Shown here: one piece after another, positions 1 to 8,994 of the stretch
Layout of the letters: each line of letters starts with the position of its first letter
Numbering within the stretch: the stretch's first letter is position 1
NCBI GenBank assembly: GCA_963804085.1
Contig: CAWDOQ010000002.1
Coordinates: 256,001-320,000 of the forward strand
Source: Chlamydiia bacterium
GTDB lineage: Bacteria > Chlamydiota > Chlamydiia > Chlamydiales > Rhabdochlamydiaceae
Length of the DNA: 64,000 nt
Reading direction: 5' to 3'
Program-made: the position numbers and the translations under genes
The notes under the pieces: model-generated
Told to the model about the DNA's origin: nothing
Database searches by the model: none
The model's input: the letters and a program-made list of their open reading frames with translations, nothing else

Positions 1-271
1 CCCCCCGAAGCAGAAGGCACCTTTGCCCATATATGCGCCACCAAAAAAGGGGACTACTTTGTCGCTAAAGGCGTTAAGGAGAAGAATGCGAAGCCTCACT
101 CATTTTGCTGCAAGAGCACGCTCCTGTCTCTGCACTGACCCTGCTCCTCGCAGATGTCGGGTTTATCGTCCGCAACGAGATTGCCCGCTTCCTCTTACGC
201 GAACCTCTACCCTCTGTACCCTCTTGGCACAGTCACCAACTAAGGCAGTCAAGGCGCTCTATTTTCCATAA
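1..271 (+). CDS. Probable 3' end of tRNA threonylcarbamoyl biosynthesis protein TsaB (partial, frame apparently broken)
   Basis: Frame 1 reads PPEAEGTFAHICATKKGDYFVAKG; another frame ends ...KAVKALYFP* at 271. Chlamydial synteny is tsaB-rpsU-dnaJ. Called mostly on position. Confidence 0.35.
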   Translation, partial: PPKQKAPLPIYAPPKKGTTLSLKALRRRMRSLTHFAARARSCLCTDPAPRRCRVYRPQRDCPLPLTRTSTLCTLLAQSPTKAVKALYFP

Positions 272-451
272 GAAACGACATTGCAAAAGACTAAGCGTCC
301 AAAGCGACAAGACAAAGGTTGATTCTTATGTCGTTTTGGTCCTCTACGTCCTTTAGGTCCTTGTTCTCTGACTCCCGCTAGATTTTAATTGCAGAACTTG
401 CAAGACCCTATAGAATTGTAGTAAACCAATTAAAAATGGGATTGAAGTTAG

Positions 452-655
452 ATGACAAGCGTCAAATTACGTTCTGGTGAGTCTCTCGATAAAGCTCTCC
501 GTATTTTAAAGAAAAAGCTTGATAAAGAAGGCGTCATGAAGGCCGCAAAAGCTCACCGCTTCTACGACAAGCCCTCGGTTAAAAGCCGTGCCAAATCTAA
601 GGCTGCACTCAAATACAAGAAAATGCGTCCTAGCACTTCCTATAGATCCTATTAA
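452..655 (+). CDS. rpsU: 30S ribosomal protein S21
   Basis: [22 protein letters not shown]...RFYDKPS is the S21 signature. Confidence 0.96.
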   Translation: MTSVKLRSGESLDKALRILKKKLDKEGVMKAAKAHRFYDKPSVKSRAKSKAALKYKKMRPSTSYRSY

Positions 656-658
656 TTT

Positions 659-707
659 TTAGCAGCTTGCTCTCTTATTTGCTAAAAACATCCAAAAATG
701 GTAGGAT
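659..707 (+). promoter_or_regulatory. CIRCE-like HrcA operator overlapping a sigma66/70-type promoter of dnaJ
   Basis: TTAGCA-N15-TGCTAA at 659-685; TTGCTA(679-684)-N17-TAGGAT(702-707). Confidence 0.6.
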
Positions 708-716
708 TCTTGCTAT

Positions 717-1888
717 ATGACCGATTATTACAAAGTTTTAGGCATTGAACGCGCCGCATCCGCGGACGAGATCAAAAAGGCGTATAGAAAGGGTGCTTTA
801 AAGTACCACCCTGACAAGAATCAGGGAGACGCGCAAGCAGAAGCTAAATTCAAAGAAATTTCAGAGGCGTACGAAGTCCTAAGCGACGATAAAAAACGCC
901 AAATGTACGATCAATTCGGTGCTGACGCGGTACGCGGCGGAGGCATGGGCGGCGGCGGCGCAGGGCGCGCAGGCGGCTTCTCCTCAATGGAAGAAGCTCT
1001 TCGAACCTTCATGGGAGCCTTTGGCGGCGGAGGGGGAGGAGGCGGCGGGGCGACAACATTTTCGGCTCGCTCTTCGGTTTTGATACAGATGGCTCCGACG
1101 CAGGCGTGCATGCAGGCGCAAGCAAAAAGATGAACCTGACGATCTCCTTTGAAGAGGCAGTCCGCGGTGTAGAAAAAGAGGCCGCCCTCACTAACTACCA
1201 GACCTGTTCCAAGTGCGACGGAAACGGCGCAGCTTCTCTTAAAAGCATCAAAAAGTGTATGCGCTGCCACGGCTCTGGCCAAGTGCAGCAAACGCGCGGT
1301 TTTTTCAGCATGGCATCCACCTGCCATGAGTGTTATGGAAGAGGCAAGGTGATCACCGAACCCTGCACAGAGTGTCAAGGCGCAGGACGCATTAAAGAGA
1401 AGCAGCGCGTGACAATCAAGGTCCCGTCCGGCGTCGACACCGGCATGCGTTTACGTATGCCCGGCTACGGAGATGCAGGCGAAGGCGGAGGTCCTGCTGG
1501 CGATCTCTATGTCTTCCTCACAGTAGAACCCCATCCTGTTTTCGAAAGACAAGGAGATGATGTAGTGATCGAACTGCCCATCGGCTTTGCAGAAGCTGCC
1601 TTAGGCTGCAAAAAAGAGATCCCCTCTCCGCTTGGCAAGTCGTGCCGGATCCTGATTGCAGAAGGAACGCAGTCGGGCAAAGTGCTGCGCGTAAAAGGCG
1701 AAGGCGTTCCCAATGTGCACGGACAAGGCAGCGGCGATCTGCTCGCAAAAATCGTTGTAGAGACCCCCGTGCGCCTAAGTGAAAAACAGAAGCAAATACT
1801 CCAAACATTTGCTGAGTCAGAAAAAGAGAACAACTCTCCCAGAAAGCAGGGATTTTTAGATAAAATGAAAGGCTTCTTCTCTAACTAA
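717..1888 (+). CDS. dnaJ: Chaperone DnaJ, split by a 1-nt frameshift in the G-rich tract around 1022-1051
   Basis: J domain with HPD in ORF 717-1133; four CxxCxGxG zinc-finger repeats and C-terminal domain in ORF 1106-1888; joining frame reads [17 protein letters not shown]. Confidence 0.95.
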
Positions 1889-1920
1889 CCCGCATTTGCT
1901 ATTCAATCAAAGAAAAAAGA

Positions 1921-2023
1921 GTTTAAACAGGATGGGCAGGATAGACAGGATGAAGATGAAGAAAGAATCTTGTTGTTTTGTTTCTCTTTCTTATCCTGTC
2001 TATCCTGCCCATCCTGTTTAAAC
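1921..2023. repeat. Palindromic element with perfect 31-bp arms built from 9-bp CAGGATnnn units
   Basis: gtttaaacaggatgggcaggatagacaggat ... atcctgtctatcctgcccatcctgtttaaac. Confidence 0.9.
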
Positions 2024-2130
2024 TCTTTATCTTCCAGACATTTCTTTCTTCTATTCTGCGTTTTGCGTTAAATCTTCGTAATGGGCTAAATAGCTTAATC
2101 AATACAAGGTAACCAAAGACGCGGAAAAAA

Positions 2131-3162
2131 TTGAAAAATCTGAAAACAGCTATTGCAGATAAACTGCCGCTACGCTCTCTCAAGTGGGATCGTTTTTTAG
2201 ATCTCATTGGAAAAGCTGAAGAGACGATCGGTCATTTTGAAGCGGTCATATCCAGTGTGCCCCACCCCGACAAAGTCTTCTCAATATTGAAAATAGAAGA
2301 GGCTCTTGCCTCTTTGCGCATCAAAAAAAGCCCGTTGAAAGCCTTAAGCGAAGAGGACGGAATAAGCATCCAGCCCTATCTCCTCGCGCTAAAAAATGCC
2401 ACCAAAGAGATCAAAACGCATCCACTCTCTCAGGCGCTTCTTCGTAAAATTCACACCGATCTTTACAAACATTCCAAAGCGCCAAAAAAAGATGTCGGCC
2501 ACTTTCGCAAAAGACAAAACTGGATAGGACGCGAAGGATGCAAAATAGAGAAGGCCTACTACTATCCGCCAAAAGCCTCGGTTATCACTAAAGAGCTTCA
2601 AAATTGGAAAAGCTACATCCGCTATCCGGAAAAAAATGCTCTCGTCCAGCTCGCGATTCTCTTTGCACAGCTCCTCGTAATCCACCCCTTCATGGATGGC
2701 AATGGACGCGTGGCACGCATACTCACCCCTCTCTTTTTGTGTAAAAAAAAGCTCCTCGCCCATCCCCTCTTCTTCATAAGCTCCTACTTAAGAGAGCATC
2801 GCCCCCTCTATTTCCGAACGCTGTTTGCCATCTCGGATAAAAAGGATTGGGAGGGGTGGATACGCTTCTTCTTAACTGCTCTCATGCGGCAAGGAAAAAA
2901 GAATAACGAGAAGGCAGAGAAGATTGTAGTCATCTACATGGAGATGAAAGAACGGCTCAAAATTTATGACAAACCAAAAAAAATAGAGGCAATTTTAGAT
3001 CTGCTATTTTCCAATCCGCTCTTGGATGAGAAGAGGTTATCTAGTATCGACAATAAGATTGTAAGAGAGTTGCGTAAGGCGGGAATTTTAAAACAAAAGA
3101 AAGGCGGGGCGCACAAGAAAATCTGGATCTTTGCACCCCTTCTAAACCTACTGAAAGCTTAA
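2131..3162 (+). CDS. Fic family protein (AMPylase motif)
   Basis: Canonical HPFMDGNGRVAR motif, FRKRQNWIG flap, C-terminal wHTH-like region. Confidence 0.9.
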   Translation: MKNLKTAIADKLPLRSLKWDRFLDLIGKAEETIGHFEAVISSVPHPDKVFSILKIEEALASLRIKKSPLKALSEEDGISIQPYLLALKNATKEIKTHPLSQALLRKIHTDLYKHSKAPKKDVGHFRKRQNWIGREGCKIEKAYYYPPKASVITKELQNWKSYIRYPEKNALVQLAILFAQLLVIHPFMDGNGRVARILTPLFLCKKKLLAHPLFFISSYLREHRPLYFRTLFAISDKKDWEGWIRFFLTALMRQGKKNNEKAEKIVVIYMEMKERLKIYDKPKKIEAILDLLFSNPLLDEKRLSSIDNKIVRELRKAGILKQKKGGAHKKIWIFAPLLNLLKA

Positions 3163-3304
3163 CAAGGGCCCATGCCGCAGGTGCCCATGCCACCCGACTT
3201 GCTTGAGCCTTTGCGCTTCCTTTTAACTACTTTTTTTTTACGGCCTTTCTAACAACTTTTCTTTTCGTTGTTTTTTTCTTTGCCGCTTTTTTTCGTTTTG
3301 CCAT
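3159..3304 (-). CDS. Small Lys/Arg-rich histone-like protein (about 48 aa if one A is added to the A9 run at 3231-3239)
   Basis: RBS GGAG before ATG 3304; MAKRKKAAKKKTTKRKVVRKAVKKK then, in the shifted frame, VVKRKRKGSSKSGGMGTCGMGPC*. Confidence 0.65.
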
Positions 3305-3414
3305 ATTTTCTCCTATCGAGCTTTTATCTGCTCTGGCCCACACATTGTCATTATCATTTTTTTTATTCAATAGGCTTCTTGCATCTTTTTGTAAAAGTTG
3401 GGTATTAAGGAAAA

Positions 3415-4035
3415 ATGGCCATGCAAAAAACAGACACATTCTTCTTACGCCACATTGTGTGGACGTGCACAGCTGCAATATCACTCATATTGGTGAGCTA
3501 TTTTTTCTTAGATATCCATCTTGCACTTTTTTTTCATGATATCTGGCCTACAGAGTCTATTCTGCTGCACCTGTTCAATGAGATGAGCAACCCCAATCCA
3601 CAGGTCCTCTTCTGGCCTGTGATTTTTTTTGTGGTGCGCTACATCTACAACAACAGAACAGCCGGAGAAAAAATCCTCACAATCATGCTCTCAGTATGCG
3701 TGTCCAATGCGATCTCCATCCCTATGAAAATGCTCCTGGGAAGAGCGCGTCCCGCACTGCTTTTTTCCGAGCATGTCTACTCGTTCGATATCTTTTCGGC
3801 GTATACTCTACACCTCTCCTTTCCATCAGGACATGCCATTACCATTGCATCCGTGATGGGGGCTCTCGCGTGCTACTACCCGCGCTACTCGATTCCTCTA
3901 CTCTGTGTGGCTCTATTCATGGCATTCGCACGCGTAATGGCCACCGCTCACTACTTGAGCGACGTCTTAGCAGGAGTGCTTCTCGGAATTCTTATCTCTC
4001 AGTGGGTCTTCAGCAGAATAAAAAAATATAGCTAA
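3415..4035 (+). CDS. PAP2 family membrane phosphatase
   Basis: KMLLGRARP, SFPSGH and ARVMATAHYLSDVLAG motifs; multiple TM segments. Confidence 0.92.
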   Translation: MAMQKTDTFFLRHIVWTCTAAISLILVSYFFLDIHLALFFHDIWPTESILLHLFNEMSNPNPQVLFWPVIFFVVRYIYNNRTAGEKILTIMLSVCVSNAISIPMKMLLGRARPALLFSEHVYSFDIFSAYTLHLSFPSGHAITIASVMGALACYYPRYSIPLLCVALFMAFARVMATAHYLSDVLAGVLLGILISQWVFSRIKKYS

Positions 4036-5582
4036 GCGCGGACTGGATGCAGGAGCACTTCTTGGGTGGTTGCATCGATTTCGAAGTCGCCATATTTGAC
4101 GAGATCTGGATCCTCTTTGACTGCGCCTGCAACTTTGTTGAAGTTAAGAGGCGCTTGAGCACCTGGCTTTTGACTCTGTAAAACATTGGCAAGGAAAGGA
4201 AGCGCCGTAACTGCCAATTCCATCTTCGCGTCTAAAGATGCTTTTGGATCAAAGTTATAGAGGTTAAGCAGGACAGCCGGCATATAGGTCGGTGTGCGTC
4301 TCTCGTATTTTTGCATTCCAAACTCTTTCAACACATGCGCGCGTTGCTGCTCATCTAGCTTAAAAAAGGCCTTTTTTAAGCTCTCACCCTCCTGAGGAGT
4401 GAAGAGCCTAAGCATAGAGCCGAACCTGGTCAGCATGAAGTCTGTGGGATCCTGAGGATTAAAGCTCAGCCAGGAGGCGCGCACAGCGACATAAGCTTTG
4501 TACGCATCGAACTCTTCTTTTGTAGAATCAGAGAGTATCAGACATGCATCATAAGTGGCCTTAAGCGCTCTATAAGTATCTTGAGTACACATGACGGAGC
4601 TTTTCTTATTCACATGTCCCGCAGCTCCTGCCACATCGCACAAATGGACAAAGGAATCAAAACGCATCGCAAGCGGATTTCGAGAGGCAATAGCGCTCTT
4701 TTTAATCCGAGCAAACATCTCCGCTCCCCCTTCGCAATGGGTGACATGTCCATAATGGATAAGGGCTGCGACCTCAGCTAATAATTCTTGAGCCGTAATG
4801 GGAAGTCGATTGAAGGAAGGGGAAAGTTCCGGATTCTTTAGCATCGCCACCACTGCTTGTCCGTAAAAATCATCATGATCGGGAGCCGTGGCTCCGTAAG
4901 ATTCAAACTTAGCGCGCGCCTTAGGACTCTTTCCCATGTCCGCTAAAATTAAAGCGGTTTCAAGAGTTTGCGCCATCTGATTGCACGAGAGCCCTTTATG
5001 TTTGGAATCGATAAGAGAAAGTCCCATCTCATGTATCTCTTTAAAACTTTCCCAGGCAAGCCTCTTATCTTGAGGCTGATCTTTTGTAAGCTCCTCGTAG
5101 GCCTGCTTATCGCCTTGTAAAAAGAGCTTCAAACAGTGCAGCCCCATAATCGTGCGATCAAACTCGATGAACTTCTTTCCATATATCTGCTCAGAGTAGG
5201 GACTCTCTTCTAAAGCACGCCCCTCTTCTGTCTTCTTCACATCGCTATCGGCAAGCCAGCTGATCTCCGGATATTTCTTTAGACACGCTTCTGCCCATGC
5301 TCTACCCTCTACCCGTGTAAAGACAATTGGCTTCGGCTCCTCTTTTTTCTGAACATAGCTCGCCCCTAGCGTAAGCGCACCGGTAAACAAAAGTAGGCTT
5401 GTAATTTTTGCTGTTTTTTTCATTGTACTCTCTTCAGGTGAGGGAATTTGGGTGGCCGTTAAAGATCGCGAAGCGTGACTAAAAAAAGCGCGTGGTCTTG
5501 GAAAACACCTTGCAGAATGAGATAAAAGTGGAGGCAGACAAACAACAAAAGATGATCTACAAATCCTCGCAAGACCGCTCAT
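4032..5582 (-). CDS. Hypothetical protein with HD-like metal-binding motifs and an N-terminal targeting-like extension
   Basis: 516-aa ORF; motifs LADMGK, DHDDF, HVTHCEGG, HLCDVAGAAGH; ATGA overlap with the upstream gene. Confidence 0.75.
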   Translation of the reverse strand: MSGLARICRSSFVVCLPPLLSHSARCFPRPRAFFSHASRSLTATQIPSPEESTMKKTAKITSLLLFTGALTLGASYVQKKEEPKPIVFTRVEGRAWAEACLKKYPEISWLADSDVKKTEEGRALEESPYSEQIYGKKFIEFDRTIMGLHCLKLFLQGDKQAYEELTKDQPQDKRLAWESFKEIHEMGLSLIDSKHKGLSCNQMAQTLETALILADMGKSPKARAKFESYGATAPDHDDFYGQAVVAMLKNPELSPSFNRLPITAQELLAEVAALIHYGHVTHCEGGAEMFARIKKSAIASRNPLAMRFDSFVHLCDVAGAAGHVNKKSSVMCTQDTYRALKATYDACLILSDSTKEEFDAYKAYVAVRASWLSFNPQDPTDFMLTRFGSMLRLFTPQEGESLKKAFFKLDEQQRAHVLKEFGMQKYERRTPTYMPAVLLNLYNFDPKASLDAKMELAVTALPFLANVLQSQKPGAQAPLNFNKVAGAVKEDPDLVKYGDFEIDATTQEVLLHPVRA

Positions 5583-6334
5583 AATTGAGAGCAGTTTATA
5601 TCCTCTTTTTCAGATTTGCCACAATTTGCATACTTTTTTTGAAAGTAGTCCATGTAGGCTGCAGTATGCCCGTTTTGCTTTTGAACACAGAGATATTCGT
5701 CAAAATTCGCCCAGTCGTAAGGATTGAACACTTTATTAAGAAGAAGAGAGGAGTTCCATCCTTCATGGGCGCATTTTAGCATCGTCTTTGTATAAGCGGT
5801 GATGCTCTCATACTCTATCCGTTCAAGACCTTCTGCGTACTCCTCTTTGCTTACAATCTGTCCCTTGGCTGCAGCTTCATTCCACTTGGTGACCTTTTCT
5901 ATTTGGAGCATATTGTGAAGCTCGAAAACCAGAGTTGTAAGCTTCTCATTTTTTGTGCAATTAGACCTAATCAAGATCGTTGGCGGGGCGTAGATGCAAA
6001 TTCCCATATTGTCCGGGAGTTCTTCGGGAGAAATCATCCCCACCTTAATGGCGGGCCGTTGCATTTTTTCCACCGCTTTTTGCGCCTCATTCCAAAGAGT
6101 CTCTGCGGTTTTTGATGTTCTAAGCAGCTTGAGCAGATCCTCAACAGGAGGATCTTTGATCTGTTTGATCTTCTTTTGGCTAAGCATTGACTCATTAGAA
6201 ATCTTGCTTCTTTTAGGAGACTTCTCGTTCTCTTCCCCTGCTTCCGACTTTCGCTTTTTGCTAACTTGCGAAGAAGCATTACTCGCGTTTGATATATTAT
6301 TTAAAGGAGAAACAGCGGATGTTAATGATGTCAT
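5579..6334 (-). CDS. Putative secreted effector, metallopeptidase-like fold, with NLS-like motif
   Basis: S/T/N-rich N-terminus; KKRK..PKRSK; LVFELHN...ERIEYE. Confidence 0.65.
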   Translation of the reverse strand: MTSLTSAVSPLNNISNASNASSQVSKKRKSEAGEENEKSPKRSKISNESMLSQKKIKQIKDPPVEDLLKLLRTSKTAETLWNEAQKAVEKMQRPAIKVGMISPEELPDNMGICIYAPPTILIRSNCTKNEKLTTLVFELHNMLQIEKVTKWNEAAAKGQIVSKEEYAEGLERIEYESITAYTKTMLKCAHEGWNSSLLLNKVFNPYDWANFDEYLCVQKQNGHTAAYMDYFQKKYANCGKSEKEDINCSQL

Positions 6335-6451
6335 AATAAATAAACCTTTTGTTTTGTTTGATTATTTTATCATTTTTAATATAAAAACCGAGCAGGAAAA
6401 ATATTTTTAAGAAGCAAAGTAAAAAATTAACAATTACCCTAGATTGAGCAT

Positions 6452-7367
6452 ATGGCAGAAAAGACAGGCAAATACGCCCATGGTGTGGTTTACATCTTTT
6501 TAGCGGTCATTAACCTCTCCCTATTTCTTCTATTCGCCAAACTTGGAACAGCAAATACCCCCTTCTTTCTCCTCTCCTTTTTCCGTTTTTTGGTGCCGTT
6601 TTTGATGCTTCTGCCCTTCTTGTATTATCAAGGGTTATTTAAAAGGCTCTCCCTCTTTGGCGACTCCAAATCCCATCTCTTGAGAAGCAGCTGCGTCCTC
6701 ATTCAGCAATACACCGTGTTTTTCTACCTATTGCATGGATCGCTATTGGATATAACTGTGCTGCTCAACCTTAGCCCGATCTTTGTCGCATTTTTAGAGA
6801 GGATCTTTTTTAAGCATCCCATCCACAAATCTGTAGCGATCAGCCTTGCAGTCTCTTTTATCGGGGTGCTCTGTGTATTGCAGCCCGATCAGGGAATCTT
6901 CTCTCTTTTAAGTCTTATCGGCATTATCGCAGCGCTGGCAAGCGCATCGTCGCAAGTGGTCTATGGCCACAATGTGCGTAAAGAACCTGCTGCAGTGAGC
7001 CTTTTCTATCTCTTCTTTATCGGATCGATCGTTAGCTTTTTGGTCCTTCTGGTTTATCAAGGCTTCGCACACGAAAGTCTTATAACAGCAACGCGCTCCT
7101 TCGTTTTTGGAGACTGGACGGCTATACTCTTCCTGCTGCTGCTTTCTCTTTTGTACTCTTGGCAACCAGGGCTTTCGCGGACTTGCTTATTCACACGGCA
7201 GGCCGGCCACTTTGGCCCCCTTCCTCTACTTTTCCGTCTTCTTTTCTGGCATCTTTGATTGGCTTGTCTTTCATAACATTCCCAATGCTTTAGCGATTAT
7301 CGGCTCCTGCCTCATCATCTTAGGCGGCTTCCTGCAGCTTTATTTGCGTAAATCGAGAGCTTTTTGA
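6452..7367 (+). CDS. DMT/EamA family transporter with a 1-nt frameshift near the T4 run at 7149-7152
   Basis: Ten-TM EamA pattern (LNLSPIFVAFL, SFIGVLCVLQP); C-terminus ATLAPFLYFSVFFSGIFDWLVF lies in the next frame. Confidence 0.85.
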
Positions 7368-7381
7368 CTTTTTTCCGATGA

Positions 7382-7897
7382 ATGGCTAATCTTCTCCCCA
7401 TGAAAACACTCCTACTTTCTACACTTCTAGCCTTTGGCGCCTTGAATGCCGAACAAATTGGCAATGTTGAATATGAGCTACCCTCATCTGACACAGCGTG
7501 GAAAATTGCCAATCAGATCACAAACGAGGTGTGCACGCAATGCGTCTACTTCCATGAGAACAAGCCTGGAGAGATAGCCGAAGAGCTCTTTGGGACACAT
7601 TGGAATAACTTTCCTAAGGCAACCTTCGATCCTGCCGCCTTCAAGCAAGGAATCCAAGCCAATTTTCAAGACAAAAAGATACAGGTGACACTTGTAGAAA
7701 AGAGCCCAGGCTCCGCAATCTGCGAATGGACCGCATCCAGCTCAGACAACCAGCTCCTATTCTTTGGCCTTGTGCGCGCCTTCTCGTCCGAAAAAGGCAA
7801 CGTCCTCCTCAGCTTCCAAAGCGACCAGCCCCAAAAAAGAGACGCGCTGCGCCCCATTTGGCTCAACACTCTGCAAAAAGCCCACCCCACCGACTAA
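7382..7897 (+). CDS. Hypothetical exported protein
   Basis: Signal peptide MKTLLLSTLLAFGALNA; 171-aa ORF. Confidence 0.7.
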   Translation: MANLLPMKTLLLSTLLAFGALNAEQIGNVEYELPSSDTAWKIANQITNEVCTQCVYFHENKPGEIAEELFGTHWNNFPKATFDPAAFKQGIQANFQDKKIQVTLVEKSPGSAICEWTASSSDNQLLFFGLVRAFSSEKGNVLLSFQSDQPQKRDALRPIWLNTLQKAHPTD

Positions 7898-7941
7898 GAC
7901 GCAAATCACTTTATATCAGCAGGATAATAGCCTCATATTCT

Positions 7942-7987
7942 TGACGAGAATTCTCGTCATCAGAATATTGACGTGAATTCTCGTCAA
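7942..7987. promoter_or_regulatory. Tandem palindromic operators upstream of the HipS-HTH gene
   Basis: TGACGAGAATTCTCGTCA (7942-7959, perfect) and TTGACGTGAATTCTCGTCAA (7968-7987). Confidence 0.75.
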
Positions 7988-8022
7988 GATCTAACATTGA
8001 TCTCCAAACGGAGCAAAGAATT

Positions 8023-8664
8023 ATGGGCATAAAGTTTACGATTATAGGAGTGAATGTCTTTTTAGAGAGACGTAAAACCAGAATGCTTGTCGGATGTTTA
8101 AAAAAGGTAAAGGGACAATTTATCTTTTCCTACGACGAACAGTATCTGCATTCTAGAAATGTGTTTCCTCTTGGCCCTGAATTTCCTTTAACAAAACGAG
8201 AGTTTCGAGCCTCTTCTCTTTTCCCATTTTTTGAAGATCGCATACCCTCAAAGCAAAATCCAGCCTATGTAGAATATTGCGCTGCGATGGGTATTAGTCC
8301 TACAGAAAAGGATCCTCTTATCCTTCTCTCAACAATTGGCAAACGTGGCCCCTCTTCTTTTATTTTCGAACCGGTTTATGAACGCTCCTTTACAGTAGAA
8401 GATGCAATAGCATTCCGTATTGCAGTGGGATTCACTACAAGAGAGTTCGCACACGTATTCGAAATTCCTCAAGCATCTGTCAATGCTCTTGAACGCAAGA
8501 GATGTTCCGGGAAAGATCTTCTGAAACGCCTTGAGATCATTATCCGTTTCCCGACTGTCGCTTTATACCTACTTATCATCAACGGTGGAATATTGCCTCA
8601 CGAAAAATGGCATCAAGCTGAAGCTGTGCTGAGAAAAATGGGAGGTGAAAAACTATCCATCTAG
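8023..8664 (+). CDS. HipA N-terminal (HipS-like) domain fused to an XRE-type HTH
   Basis: VGCL..FIFSYD..YL..PLGPEFPLT...LFPFFEDRIP (Couple_hipA pattern); then FTTREFAHVFEIPQASVNALER. Confidence 0.8.
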   Translation: MGIKFTIIGVNVFLERRKTRMLVGCLKKVKGQFIFSYDEQYLHSRNVFPLGPEFPLTKREFRASSLFPFFEDRIPSKQNPAYVEYCAAMGISPTEKDPLILLSTIGKRGPSSFIFEPVYERSFTVEDAIAFRIAVGFTTREFAHVFEIPQASVNALERKRCSGKDLLKRLEIIIRFPTVALYLLIINGGILPHEKWHQAEAVLRKMGGEKLSI

Positions 8665-8990
8665 CACATTTTGTTAATACCCTCTGCGACAAGCATCAGT
8701 CCTGTTCCTACGAACAAGATGATGTAGTAATAAGCAAAAGCAGAACGCTCTTTCTTATTTTGCATAAAGAAGCTCTCATATAGGCAAAACCCACCTGCTA
8801 AAATTAGCATCGAACCGAATGCGATTTGCCATGGGAAATAAAATGGCCAACCCCTTAATGCAAACAATGATAAAGCAAGCGCAGGAAGTAGGTGCCGAAT
8901 GTTTTTGTCTCTAAGAAATTTGAAAATCAACCATATCGTGCCAGAGAGGAACACGCAGGTTTCAACGATGTCTTTAGTTATTTTTTCCAT
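8661..8990 (-). CDS. Small hypothetical membrane protein (about 4 TM)
   Basis: 109-aa hydrophobic ORF starting 4 nt downstream of the stop of the 8995 gene. Confidence 0.65.
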   Translation of the reverse strand: MEKITKDIVETCVFLSGTIWLIFKFLRDKNIRHLLPALALSLFALRGWPFYFPWQIAFGSMLILAGGFCLYESFFMQNKKERSAFAYYYIILFVGTGLMLVAEGINKMC

Positions 8991-8994
8991 TTAC

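Noticed and set aside
717-1888. dnaJ as a genuine pseudogene or programmed frameshift
   Set aside because: Both halves are fully conserved and the break lies in a G-rich tract; sequencing error is the simplest explanation.
1923-2207. 94-aa minus-strand ORF (HPVYPAHPV)
   Set aside because: Translation of the 9-bp periodic palindrome.
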